Below, piece by piece: positions 26,853-36,493 of a stretch of DNA of 64,000 nucleotides (the stretch's first letter is position 1; the number at the start of each line of letters is the position of its first letter). The notes under the pieces were generated by a model. The model was not told the DNA's origin. It was given only the letters and a program-made list of their open reading frames with translations, and searched no databases. Both the position numbers and the translations under genes were made by a program. Source of the stretch: an uncultured Candidatus Saccharibacteria bacterium (GTDB lineage: Bacteria > Patescibacteriota > Saccharimonadia > Saccharimonadales > EFPC-124); contig CBDDBE010000005.1 in NCBI GenBank assembly GCA_965225085.1, forward strand, positions 2,378-66,377. Direction: 5' to 3'.

Positions 26853-29531
26853 CTAGTGGTGAGCGGCGTGATCTGCGGCTGATATGGCGCGCAGCACTTT
26901 TACGAGGTTAATGCCTTTGCCCATGACTGGCTTCCATAGGTCGCCGGTGCGCTGGAGCCGGGCGGGGGTGTTCTGGATGGTGAAGTCGCTCGGCTTTAGG
27001 CCCTTCTTTACTTCGCTCCAATCAAGGGGCATAGATACGCTGGCATCTGGCGTGGGGCGAACGGAATACGGCGCGGCCAGGGTTTGGCCTTCGCGGTTTT
27101 GCAAGTAGTCGAGGTAGATTCTGTGACGGCGCCTTTCGGGGTTACGCTCGACACTGGTGAGTTTGGGCTGGCGTTTGTTGACCTCTAGCACGATGAGATG
27201 GGCGAGATTCTTGGCCTGCTCGTAAGTGTACACAGCCTGCATAGGGATATATATATGAATGCCGGTTTTGCCCGAGGTTTTAGGTACAGTCGGGATGTGC
27301 CACTCCTCGCAGACATCATGGACGGTTTGCGCTACCTCAATTACCTTTTCGAAGCTTATGCCTTCAGGGTCGAGGTCGATGACGATCCAATCTGGTTTGT
27401 CCAGATGACCGACGCGCGAGTTCCATGGGTTAATCTCGATAGAGCCAAGTTGCACTATATAGAGGAGCGTGTCGAGGTCGCCACCGACGATCCAGCGCAG
27501 GTTGGCGTTGTTGCTGTCGCTGAAGATATCGGCGTGGGGAACCCAGTCGGGTAGGTGTTCGTTGTTTTTCTGGAAGAAGCTATCGCCGGTGATGCCGTTG
27601 GGCATGCGGTTGAGCGAAAGAGGGCGGTCCTGCAGGTAGGGCAGGATGTAGTCGGCGACGCTTTGGTAGTAGACGAAGAGGTCGCCTTTGGTGTATTTGT
27701 GTTTGGGGAAGAAGGTTTTGTCGAGGTGGGTTGGCTCGAAAGGGAGGCTAAGGGACTGGGGTTCTACCAGCCCGTCCGCCCCTTCTTTTTGTCCTCGCTG
27801 AGTACCGCTGCGGGAAAAAGCGGAGCCGCCCCGCGAGCTGTCACCCCTAGTATCTTTTTTAGCCTTTGATGCAGAAGTTGGAGCAGGGCTGGCGGTGTGT
27901 TTTGCCTTCTCTTTGTGCACGTCTGTTGGTTTCTTATCGGGTCGTAACCCTTTAAATTCTGGATGTCGCATAGATCCCTCGCTGGTCCATTCGCTAAATT
28001 CCATTTCGCATACCAGCTCTAGCCGCACCCAGTGGACCGGGGCGTTGGGCTTTGGCTCGGTGCTGAAGGGTGAGCTTTTGCGCTCTAGTCGCGCGAGCTT
28101 TTTGGCGAGTTGCTCGCGCTGGTCGTCGGGAATACCGCCGCCGGAGTGGCCTCGGTACACGAACTCGCCCTTTTCGTAGGTGCCGACCAGGAGTGAACCC
28201 AGATATTTGCGCCCACCGCGTGGTTCGGTGTAGCCGCCTATGACGACTTCTTGGCGGAGGTGTGTTTTTACCTTTAGCCAGTCGCCGCCGCGGTTATCTT
28301 CGCGGTATTGGCTGGAGCCATTCTTGGCAACCATGCCCTCCAGGCCTCGGCGCTGCATTTCGTGGAAGAGAGCGAGACCTTTGGATTCGACGTCGTCGCT
28401 ATAGCGGATGATGCCTTTGGTCGGCAGGACGCTTTTTAGGAGGGCTTTGCGTTGACGAAGCGGCATGGTGCGAACATCTCGGCCGTCGCACCATAGAATG
28501 TCAAAGACATGATATTCGAGCGTGCCATGCGGTTCGCGACGCCAGTTTTGCAGCCACTCGAAGTGAGCGTGTCCATCATCGTCCACTACCACAACTTCGC
28601 CGTCCAAGATAACATCATGCTCGAGCTGCCGGATAGCTTCGACCACCGGCGGGAAGGCATCGATGAAGGAATTTTGGTTGCGAGAGTATAATTCGACTTC
28701 TTGGTGTCGACCGCCCTCGCCTCTACGAACAACATCTGCGTTTCCCGCAGACTGAGCCGCTGTTTGCGGCGAGGGCCGTTGTGAAGAGAGGCGAGGGCGG
28801 TCGGCGTGGTTCTTGCTCGCAATCGCCCGGTACCCATCCCACTTAATCTCGAACAACCAGTCGTCACGGTCGAATGGTTCGCTCACGAGTGTGCAAAGCA
28901 TGGGTTTGACTTTCCACGGTGCCGCAACCTCGGGGTAGGCGCTAAGGTCGGGTAATTTGCCATGCGCGCCGAGGTCATCGACGTGGCGATGGGTCTTGAT
29001 AGATTCGCTTTGCTGGGTGATGTCTGCTGTAGTAGCATATTCGTCAGTCTTTTTGATAAGTAGCCAGGCGTCGTCTTCCTGAGCGTCAGGCATGCGGATG
29101 AGGGCAAACTCGCCCTTTAGTTTCTGCCCGTGCAGGATGAACGTGATGTGGCCTTTCTTGAGGTCGGCGAGTAGCGTCTTCTGGCTGCCGTCCTCGGCCC
29201 TCGGTTCGTACCAGCCTTCGTCCCAAATGATGACGTTCCCGGCGCCGTAGTTGCCCTCTGGGATGACGCCTTCGAAATTGCGGTAATCGTAGGGATGGTC
29301 TTCGGTGTGGATGGCCAAGTGATGATCGTGCGGGTTCATGCTGGGGCCTTTGGGCACGGCCCAGCTTTTTAGTACGCCGTCCATTTCCAGGCGGAAGTCA
29401 TAGTGCAGTGCTGTGGCGTGATGTTCCTGTACGACGAACTTGAGCCTATGTGGTCCGCTCGGTGCTTTAGCATTTTTGGGTTCAGGGGTGGCACGGAAGT
29501 TGCGTTTTTGGAAGTATTTTTTGAGGTTCAC
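26853..29531 (-). CDS. ligD: Multidomain ATP-dependent DNA ligase LigD (phosphoesterase-ligase-polymerase order)
   Basis: PE domain FVVQEHHATALHYDFRLE..SWAVPKGP. Ligase motif I EIKWDGYRA. Polymerase domain LDKTFFPKHKYTKGDLFVYYQSVADYILPYLQDRPLSLNRMPNGI..FFQKN. Confidence 0.9.
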   Translation of the reverse strand: MNLKKYFQKRNFRATPEPKNAKAPSGPHRLKFVVQEHHATALHYDFRLEMDGVLKSWAVPKGPSMNPHDHHLAIHTEDHPYDYRNFEGVIPEGNYGAGNVIIWDEGWYEPRAEDGSQKTLLADLKKGHITFILHGQKLKGEFALIRMPDAQEDDAWLLIKKTDEYATTADITQQSESIKTHRHVDDLGAHGKLPDLSAYPEVAAPWKVKPMLCTLVSEPFDRDDWLFEIKWDGYRAIASKNHADRPRLSSQRPSPQTAAQSAGNADVVRRGEGGRHQEVELYSRNQNSFIDAFPPVVEAIRQLEHDVILDGEVVVVDDDGHAHFEWLQNWRREPHGTLEYHVFDILWCDGRDVRTMPLRQRKALLKSVLPTKGIIRYSDDVESKGLALFHEMQRRGLEGMVAKNGSSQYREDNRGGDWLKVKTHLRQEVVIGGYTEPRGGRKYLGSLLVGTYEKGEFVYRGHSGGGIPDDQREQLAKKLARLERKSSPFSTEPKPNAPVHWVRLELVCEMEFSEWTSEGSMRHPEFKGLRPDKKPTDVHKEKAKHTASPAPTSASKAKKDTRGDSSRGGSAFSRSGTQRGQKEGADGLVEPQSLSLPFEPTHLDKTFFPKHKYTKGDLFVYYQSVADYILPYLQDRPLSLNRMPNGITGDSFFQKNNEHLPDWVPHADIFSDSNNANLRWIVGGDLDTLLYIVQLGSIEINPWNSRVGHLDKPDWIVIDLDPEGISFEKVIEVAQTVHDVCEEWHIPTVPKTSGKTGIHIYIPMQAVYTYEQAKNLAHLIVLEVNKRQPKLTSVERNPERRRHRIYLDYLQNREGQTLAAPYSVRPTPDASVSMPLDWSEVKKGLKPSDFTIQNTPARLQRTGDLWKPVMGKGINLVKVLRAISAADHAAHH

Positions 29532-29535
29532 GCCG

Positions 29536-30174
29536 TTAGTCCTTTACCACGATACCCAGCGCGTTGGCGAGCTCTGGCGCCAGAGCGGTCAGCTGAATAG
29601 AATCAATAGTGAGCCCGCCCAGCGACTGCCAGCCCCGTACGCCGAACAGATCCGAGCCGCGCGCATCGACGTTTTTGAGCTTGGCATGCGTGAAGTCCGC
29701 TTCACTCAGCTGGCATCCTTGCAGCTCGACATCGTGTAAGGTTGCGCCTTGGAAGTCCACCTCGCTGAGCATGCAGTCGATAAACTGAACGCGCGTCAGC
29801 TTGGCTGTGCGGAAGTTGCTCATGTCTAGCTTGCATCCGTCGAATATCACATCGCTGAGGGTAGACTGACTGAGATCGAGGCCGGTTAGTCGTCCGCCTT
29901 TGAACCGCACTCGAGTCCATGATGAGCGCGAGCAATCAGCGGTAGGCAGATCACACTGCTGGAGCGTCGAATCCAGCAGGTTCAGCCGGTCAAGCCGCGC
30001 GCCGTCGAAGCTCACCTTGGTGAAGTCAACTTGATCAAACCGCACATTGCTGGCGATGACGCTCAGATAGCTGGCGTCGCTGACTGCAACCGATTCTATA
30101 TATATGTCATCATGGAGCCGTGGAGCCTCGGTCGGCGGTAGCCTGGCGGGTAGTCTGGGCGATTGCACCTTCAT
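29536..30174 (-). CDS. Pentapeptide-repeat protein
   Basis: About 30 consecutive A(D/N)LxF-type pentapeptides (e.g. VDFTKVSFDGARLDRLNLLDSTLQQCDL..ADFTHAKLKNVDARGSDL). Confidence 0.85.
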   Translation of the reverse strand: MKVQSPRLPARLPPTEAPRLHDDIYIESVAVSDASYLSVIASNVRFDQVDFTKVSFDGARLDRLNLLDSTLQQCDLPTADCSRSSWTRVRFKGGRLTGLDLSQSTLSDVIFDGCKLDMSNFRTAKLTRVQFIDCMLSEVDFQGATLHDVELQGCQLSEADFTHAKLKNVDARGSDLFGVRGWQSLGGLTIDSIQLTALAPELANALGIVVKD

Positions 30175-30177
30175 TGA

Positions 30178-30948
30178 CTATTCCTTCAGGCTGGCTTTGA
30201 GCGCACCCATCAGGTCTTTGGCGGATGTTTTGCTGTCGTCATCTTTGGTAGTGGGCTTGATAGGCTTGTGGCCTTTAGCTTTTTGCTTGATGAGCTGCTC
30301 GAGCTCGTCGGTAAATACATCGGGCAAATCCTCGGGGATAAACGGCTTGGTCTCTTGGCGGACGAGCTTTAGGGCCATGTCGACTTCCTTGTCGGTGAGT
30401 TCGCTGTCACTGGGTAAGTGCAGTTCGCCTGGTTCGCGCAGGTCACTCGGGTAGCGCATTTGGTTGAGTACCAATGCCCGGCCGACTGGCTTGATGACGG
30501 CCAGGTGCTCGTGCTCGTGCATCACAAATTTGGCAAGGGCCAGCTTGTTAGATTTTTTCAGCGCGGCACGCAGCAAGGCATAGGCTTTATCCCCACCCTT
30601 GGAGGACTCGAGGTAGTAGGGCTTTTCGAAATAGCGAATGTCGATATCAGGCTCGTCTACAAACTGAATAATGTCGATAGTTTGGGTCTTCTTGGCGTCC
30701 AGTTCGTCCAGTTCCTGTTGCGTCAGGACGATGTAATCGCCCTCCTGGTATTCATAACCCTTCACGATGTCGTCCCACGCCACTTCCTCGCCGTCCTTTT
30801 TGCACATGCGCACATAACGAATTGGGGCGTGGTCGGCCTTGTGCAGCATGTCTAGCTCTAGGCCCTGGCGCGGATTGCTGCCGCTGAATAGTCGCACGGG
30901 GATACTAACAAGTCCAAAACTGATTGATCCGTTCCATAGTGGTCTCAT
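30178..30948 (-). CDS. ku: Ku DNA end-binding protein (NHEJ)
   Basis: MRPLWNGSISFGLVSIPVRLFS.., EKPYYLESSKGGDKAYALL, basic C-terminal tail. Confidence 0.92.
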   Translation of the reverse strand: MRPLWNGSISFGLVSIPVRLFSGSNPRQGLELDMLHKADHAPIRYVRMCKKDGEEVAWDDIVKGYEYQEGDYIVLTQQELDELDAKKTQTIDIIQFVDEPDIDIRYFEKPYYLESSKGGDKAYALLRAALKKSNKLALAKFVMHEHEHLAVIKPVGRALVLNQMRYPSDLREPGELHLPSDSELTDKEVDMALKLVRQETKPFIPEDLPDVFTDELEQLIKQKAKGHKPIKPTTKDDDSKTSAKDLMGALKASLKE

Positions 30949-30988
30949 ATACTTATGGTACTACAAAAGTCGGAGGTATGATAAAACC

Positions 30989-31531
30989 ATGAGCTCATAT
31001 AATGATATTCGCCAGAAGTACCAGCCTGACCACATCAAATTCCTACTGATCGCCGAATCACCTCCACCTGCGCCCGATGTGCAGAGCAGTCGGCAGTTTT
31101 ATTACGCAGACCGGATTCGTCGGGACGATCGGCTGTTCACTAACACTATTCGCGCGCTGTATCCGGAGGTGGCCGACGCAACCGAGCCGGAGCTGGAAGC
31201 TGCCAAGGAACAGTGGTTACGCCGGTTCCAGGCCGATGGCTGGTACATGATCGAGGCGCTCGAGGATTCACAGGAACACAAGGTCACGAAGAAACAACGC
31301 CAAGAGCATATTCACGATGCTCTGCCACGACTGCTCGAGCGAGTTCAAAAGCTGGCCAAACCAGATACTAAGATAATCTTGATAAAATCAAATGTGTTTG
31401 AGGTGGCTGCCGACCCACTCCGCCAAGCGGGCTTTACCGTTTTAAATCACGAATTGGTCGATTATCCCGGCCGCTACAATCAGCAAGCTTATCGGAACAA
31501 GTTAGCGGCGCTGGCTCGGAAATTCGTTTAA
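30989..31531 (+). CDS. Hypothetical protein (180 aa)
   Basis: Start taken at MSSYNDIRQKY (the track ORF begins at 30839 inside ku). No confident motif. Confidence 0.45.
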   Translation: MSSYNDIRQKYQPDHIKFLLIAESPPPAPDVQSSRQFYYADRIRRDDRLFTNTIRALYPEVADATEPELEAAKEQWLRRFQADGWYMIEALEDSQEHKVTKKQRQEHIHDALPRLLERVQKLAKPDTKIILIKSNVFEVAADPLRQAGFTVLNHELVDYPGRYNQQAYRNKLAALARKFV

Positions 31532-31542
31532 TTGACTATTCG

Positions 31543-31577
31543 GGTATAGGGCGGATTTTGTCTGTCCGCCCTATACC
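31543..31577 (+). terminator. Stem-loop (13-bp arms ggtatagggcgga/tccgccctatacc)
   Basis: Perfect inverted repeat 12 nt after the stop at 31531. Confidence 0.55.
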
Positions 31578-31648
31578 ATTCTGCCCGAAATCGGTCCTGT
31601 GTTCGCAGGCCCGGGGCCCCTCGTCAGCTCCTTGAGCGGACCGCTTCG

Positions 31649-32014
31649 CTAGTCCGCAGCCTGCTGGAGGAGCTTATCGAGCATGTCGAGCGTGTGCTCA
31701 TTGGGCACCTCGCAAATGTAGAAGTTGCGTCTCATCACGGCCCCGGACTGAAGGCCACCGAGCTCCGTGAAACGATCATGATGCGCTACGCCCAGAACTC
31801 TGAATGATCTTTCGCCGTATACTTCGAACGTCCATTTGCTGGCGCTGTCGGCTGAAAGAAGGTAGGTTCTTCCTTCTTCGTCGGGCAAGCCGACAGAGCA
31901 CGGAAGCTTCCCAGGTGGTAGAGTACCAAGCCTTGCATCGATCTCTCCGGTTATCGCCCGAAGGAGCGCTCGTCGGGTACGTCTGTACTCAGCCCAACTC
32001 ATTTTCTCAGGCAT
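31649..32014 (-). CDS. Hypothetical protein (121 aa)
   Basis: ORF track only; GC-rich. Confidence 0.4.
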   Translation of the reverse strand: MPEKMSWAEYRRTRRALLRAITGEIDARLGTLPPGKLPCSVGLPDEEGRTYLLSADSASKWTFEVYGERSFRVLGVAHHDRFTELGGLQSGAVMRRNFYICEVPNEHTLDMLDKLLQQAAD

Positions 32015-32190
32015 AGCTGCCTTCTTCTAGTGATCCAACAGGATTTTAACATTATGCAGTATTATTAGGTATAGTGCAAATATAACCGGGGAAGCTAGTG
32101 GCGCTGGTGGCAGTAAATGATGAGATTTTAAACGCCCGCCCCGCCATTCCTGTCAAGGAGATGGTAGGGCGGGCTTTGCAGGCCCAGTCT

Positions 32191-32481
32191 CTAGAAGACC
32201 GGGCCAAGCTCGCGTGGCACGCCGTTGGCCAGAGCCGTAGTTATCGCAGTCTTGGCCTTCCCGACGTCGGAGTTTCGGTCCAACCTGACCAGGAAGCCGT
32301 TCACCGCGAACCCGATGGTCGGATTAACGATGCCCTTCAGGGCAGCACTGAGCTCCGGGTGGTCGTTCGCGCCCCGAAGAATCTCGCCGAGCATGTCCAG
32401 TAGGTCGTAGTGCGGCACTCCATGTGGGACGTCGATCATGACGAATCCCAGAGTGGGCTTCAGCGTGGGCTTGTTTGCCAT
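32191..32481 (-). CDS. Hypothetical protein (96 aa from MANKPTLKP..)
   Basis: Track ORF 32191..32577. The internal ATG at 32481 is preferred because the first 32 codons lie in AT-rich promoter-like sequence. Confidence 0.4.
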   Translation of the reverse strand: MANKPTLKPTLGFVMIDVPHGVPHYDLLDMLGEILRGANDHPELSAALKGIVNPTIGFAVNGFLVRLDRNSDVGKAKTAITTALANGVPRELGPVF

Positions 32482-32636
32482 TTTTGTAACCCAATCGTAG
32501 AGCGTGGTGGTGACGTCGAGCGTGAGTAGTTCGAGGACTGGTATATTATAAAATGTGTATTGTATAAAGTCAATCATTTGCGAAATACAACTTATGCCTT
32601 TACATTTTCGGTGGCCCTTCGTACCATAAGAGTAAT

Positions 32637-34373
32637 ATGTCTCGACTTCCTGTTTCTGGCAGCGATAATGGCGTTTGGGGGGATGTCCTCAACGACTTCT
32701 TGCTTGTCGAACACAATAGCGACGGCACGCTGAAGTCAGCTGGCACCTTGGCGTCAAAAGCTAATGACAGCGCCGTTGTTCACAACACAGGCAACGAGAC
32801 GATAGCCGGGATCAAGACGTTTTCGTCTGCACCAGTTGTTCCAAGCGGTGCATTTCCTGAAAGTGCTATCGCAAACTTGGCAACCGACCTGTCGGCTCGG
32901 CTCAAATACCGAGGCGCTTGGGCTGCCTCGACTGCTTATGCCGTTAATGATCTGATTACTTTCTCTGGTACTTGTTACGTTGTCACGAATGCCTTCACTA
33001 GCGGTACGGGTTTTAATTTGACCAACCTAAACGCCCTCGTTAATCAGCCGGGTAGATTTAATGTTCAGGCTTACGGAGCAAAAGGCGATGGTACAACAGA
33101 CGATACGACCGCCATCAACAATGCGGTTAGTGCCGCCTTTGCAGCAGGCGTTGCAAACGGCACCTATTATGCTGAGATATATTTTCCACCAGCAGTCTAT
33201 CTGATAGCGGGTAACCCAACAACAGGTGGTACTACATATGGTAGCGCCCAGATTCCATTGCCAATCATCGAAGCAAACGACTTTGGCTCTCCGGCGGTAG
33301 CACAGCAGAAATTCACATTAGTATTTAAAGGGACTATCGACGCGACCGCCCTCTACCACTGGAACCAATCAGTACCTCAGCAATCAGGCGCCGTCCTGCG
33401 TACCACCTACGATGCCGGCGCGACGCAGCCCGCTACTGGTGCAGTTTCGGTACTTGGTGGGCCTAACCCGCAGGGCGGTGGTGTCTCGGGCCATCAATAT
33501 GGTGCAGGTACAAATCGATGGAACAATATGCTGGTTGTCGTCGATGGCATAACTATCGAAGTCCCTCAAAACGGCAATATTTCCGGCTTCGACTTCCAAG
33601 GGGTGGCTGAAGCAAACGTTATTAGTGCTTCGGTTCTCGCACGCTCAACGGGTGTCGGTGCCCCAGCAAAACCAGCTCCAAACTGGTCGTTTGGGCTATA
33701 TATGCCGCAAACGAATAATAACGATATCTGTAATATCGACCATTATTCATGTGAGGGGTTAGTCTACGGGCTTATCATCCAAGAGCACGCGCAGGTTAAC
33801 TCCATACAACTAATCAACTGTTTCGATGGCCTTGTGGTTTGGCCGTCATCTGGCTTCCCCCATCGCAATGTTATTCAATACGCATCTATTGAAAACTGCG
33901 CCAAGTGTGTCGTATTTGCATCGACAACTATTACTAAAATCGATATTATGTCACTTGATATCGAATGGCTAACGGGGCAGGTATCAGGCATTACATGCCT
34001 CATCATCGATGATACAAATAATGCAGCAGCCGGTACGATAAATGTAGGCAGTAATGGCAGCGACGGCATAAGTCTTTATCAAGCACTCAGTGGAGGTAAC
34101 GGTGTTAGCGGAGGAGCGCATGTTAAGATAGTCAACGTCGACCAAGGCGTAGGTGCCGTAACAGCTCCATCTATCCCTTCATCAACGACTTCCTTCCAAA
34201 ATCCCTTTTGGCGTGATGCGGCCGTAACTATCACTGGCGGAACTGTTACTAATATTACGGTAGACGGCGTCACGCAATTCACAGCTACTCCCGCTACGGT
34301 GTATGTTCCAAGCGGTAGGTCTATAAGGCTAACGTATTCCGTAGCCCCAACGTGGCAGTGGACACTTTTGTAG
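32637..34373 (+). CDS. Tail-fibre/tailspike-like protein A: shared N-terminal module, W..Y carbohydrate-binding-like motif and pectate-lyase-type beta-helix
   Basis: MSRLPVSGSDNGVWGDVLNDFLLVEHNSDGTLKS (shared with 44737 and 52781). ETIAGIKTFSSAPVVP. YRGAWAASTAYAVNDLITFSGTCYV. FNVQAYGAKGDGTTDDTTAINNAVSAA (Pectate_lyase_3-type start). No signal peptide. Confidence 0.7.
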   Translation: MSRLPVSGSDNGVWGDVLNDFLLVEHNSDGTLKSAGTLASKANDSAVVHNTGNETIAGIKTFSSAPVVPSGAFPESAIANLATDLSARLKYRGAWAASTAYAVNDLITFSGTCYVVTNAFTSGTGFNLTNLNALVNQPGRFNVQAYGAKGDGTTDDTTAINNAVSAAFAAGVANGTYYAEIYFPPAVYLIAGNPTTGGTTYGSAQIPLPIIEANDFGSPAVAQQKFTLVFKGTIDATALYHWNQSVPQQSGAVLRTTYDAGATQPATGAVSVLGGPNPQGGGVSGHQYGAGTNRWNNMLVVVDGITIEVPQNGNISGFDFQGVAEANVISASVLARSTGVGAPAKPAPNWSFGLYMPQTNNNDICNIDHYSCEGLVYGLIIQEHAQVNSIQLINCFDGLVVWPSSGFPHRNVIQYASIENCAKCVVFASTTITKIDIMSLDIEWLTGQVSGITCLIIDDTNNAAAGTINVGSNGSDGISLYQALSGGNGVSGGAHVKIVNVDQGVGAVTAPSIPSSTTSFQNPFWRDAAVTITGGTVTNITVDGVTQFTATPATVYVPSGRSIRLTYSVAPTWQWTLL

Positions 34374-34437
34374 TATTATTGTAATCTTATAGTAGTCGCC
34401 AGCACAAAACGTTGGCATCGAACCTAAGGAGCCTCAC

Positions 34438-35250
34438 GTGTCCGGTTCAGGTATGACTGAGTCGTACGAGCGGCTGTGCAAACTGGGCGATTCCATCGAC
34501 CCGGCCGATCGTGTGCTTGTTCATCTGGAGGAAGGGCGGTTTTTCCGATTCGATCGAAGGGCCATGTGCGCTGGTGCGCGTATCTACGCCGATGAGGCAC
34601 TGCGCGAAGGCCTCAGGGCCGGCGGTGTTCGGTCGTGGCCCAGCGGTCACGTTGCCCAGTTGCTCGAAGACAAACTTCCAAACGGATTGATCTGGGGATT
34701 CTCGACGTATGCGGGAATTATCACAGGCGCCGGTTATGCGGTAGAGGGTGCGGTCATAGGGTGTCTGTTCGACGCTTTGGCTGCCGCACCTTCGATGGTC
34801 GTTCATGATGGTGTCAGCTACGGCGTGTCGAGCCTGGCAAACCTGCTGGCCCGAGATCGATGCATACCCACCCTGGGCATTGTCTCTTTGCTAGGGATGG
34901 CACAAGTCGGGCTACACGATTTCACCCTCGTGACGCAGAATTCCACGCAACTGGTGCATGCGGCATCAGATGTATGGGTTGGCGTGGGCGGTGACCAGGG
35001 TACACTTCAAGGGTGCGAGTCCGCACTTAGGTGCGGTGCAACGGTGATCCTGATGCTGCCGCGCGGGGACTACCCCCGTGACGCGTGGGCTAGCCACGCC
35101 GGACTGGTCAAGGCAGTCAACGACGGACGGATGTTCGTCTGCGCCAAGAAGGGCGACATCCAGGCAGCGGCTGCTGCGGCTAGTCGCCGAGCGACTAGGG
35201 TGAGTTCGGCTGACCGTCGAGCTCGGATTCTGCCCTTCACACGGCTCTAA
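34438..35250 (+). CDS. LOG/SLOG (DprA-like Rossmannoid) family-like protein with an N-terminal extension
   Basis: IITGAGYAVEGAVIG (compare GGGxxGxMG) and VWVGVGGDQGTLQGCESAL (compare PGGxGTxxE). GC-rich: 65% in the 60-nt line at 34981. Confidence 0.4.
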   Translation: MSGSGMTESYERLCKLGDSIDPADRVLVHLEEGRFFRFDRRAMCAGARIYADEALREGLRAGGVRSWPSGHVAQLLEDKLPNGLIWGFSTYAGIITGAGYAVEGAVIGCLFDALAAAPSMVVHDGVSYGVSSLANLLARDRCIPTLGIVSLLGMAQVGLHDFTLVTQNSTQLVHAASDVWVGVGGDQGTLQGCESALRCGATVILMLPRGDYPRDAWASHAGLVKAVNDGRMFVCAKKGDIQAAAAAASRRATRVSSADRRARILPFTRL

Positions 35251-35316
35251 GGAGCTGCCGCCAGATTGTGTACCGATATGGTACCGATCTGGCGGCCTTT
35301 TGATTTGGAGCCATCG

Positions 35317-36369
35317 TTAGCCAACGATGCCGTGGGCGGTACTCTCTAGTTGGCCACTCTGCGAGACCTGCATGAAGAGTGCGCGGTCGTGAAATTCTGG
35401 GATGGTAAACGCGCCGCTGTAGCTCATGGCCGATCGAAGGCCCATGGCGTATGTTTGGACGACTGATTCCAAACTGCCAGCATAAGGGATGAGTCCGGCT
35501 GCGCCTTCGACGTACTCGTAGGTTTTGCCTGAATAATTCGGGTCGTTTTTGGCGCGGTCAGCCTTGGCATGTGCGGATGCTTCGCCCATGTAGAGCTTGT
35601 AGCGCTCGCCGTCTTTTTCGATCAATCGCGATGGTGCTTCGTCGGTTCCGGCAAAGATTTTGCCAGCCATGATAGCATGTGCGCCTGCGCCGATAGCCTT
35701 AGAAAAGTCAGCGGCAATCTTGATGCCCCCATCAGCGATGAGCGTGACGCCACTATCCTTCAGACCTTCGACCCCTTCCATAATTGCGCTGAACTGTGGC
35801 ACGCCAACACCAGCGCTCATGCGCGTGGTGCACGCAGCCCCTGCGCCGACGCCAAATTTGATAGCGTTAGCACCTGCCTTTATTAAGTCCTCGACACCTT
35901 CCCGTGTCGCCACGGTTCCAACAATGAGCGGGGCGCGAGGGAATAACCTCCTGAGTTCCTTGGTCGCATCGATAGCGTAGATGCTGTGAGCATGCGGTGT
36001 ATCGATGGATAGCGCGTCCGCGCCAGCCTCTACAAGCGCCTTTGCTCGCACGGCAAAGTCCTTTGTCGCGCCAACTACGCCGATGACTTTTGCGCCACGG
36101 TCTTTAATCTCGCGGATCATCTCGGCTTCTTTTTCGATAGTTTGGAACTGGTGAACCTGAGCGATGCCACCCAGTTCCCAGAGTCTGACAGCCAGGTCAA
36201 CTGAAATAACGGTATGCATACTTGAGGCTACCAGAGGTACTCGCAGTGTGATACCGTCCACAATCTGAACCGACGTGTCGACGTCGTTGCGTGAACGCAC
36301 ATCGGAATACTGTGGGCGCAGTATTACGTCATTGTATGTCAAGCCAAGCTGGCTCATAATTTTTGCCAT
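35317..36369 (-). CDS. IMP dehydrogenase/GMP reductase family protein (no CBS subdomain)
   Basis: LTYNDVILRPQYSDV, GVGAGAACTTRMSAGVGVPQFSAI (catalytic Cys loop), IADGGIKIAADFSKAIGAGAHAIMAG. Confidence 0.8.
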   Translation of the reverse strand: MAKIMSQLGLTYNDVILRPQYSDVRSRNDVDTSVQIVDGITLRVPLVASSMHTVISVDLAVRLWELGGIAQVHQFQTIEKEAEMIREIKDRGAKVIGVVGATKDFAVRAKALVEAGADALSIDTPHAHSIYAIDATKELRRLFPRAPLIVGTVATREGVEDLIKAGANAIKFGVGAGAACTTRMSAGVGVPQFSAIMEGVEGLKDSGVTLIADGGIKIAADFSKAIGAGAHAIMAGKIFAGTDEAPSRLIEKDGERYKLYMGEASAHAKADRAKNDPNYSGKTYEYVEGAAGLIPYAGSLESVVQTYAMGLRSAMSYSGAFTIPEFHDRALFMQVSQSGQLESTAHGIVG

Positions 36370-36493
36370 ATTAATCCATCCTCGTTACATATTCGACACC
36401 CAAATATCGACTGTAGCACCGAGGTGTTATAGATGCAAATTATTTAATTGTCAAAATTGGGCGAGCATGGTAAATGGACACACGACTCCGGGG

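Noticed and set aside
30989-31531. UDG-superfamily call for the 180-aa protein next to ku (LLIAESPPP resembling the GExPG motif)
   Set aside because: There is only one weak motif-like string and no convincing HPS-type second motif, so it stays hypothetical.
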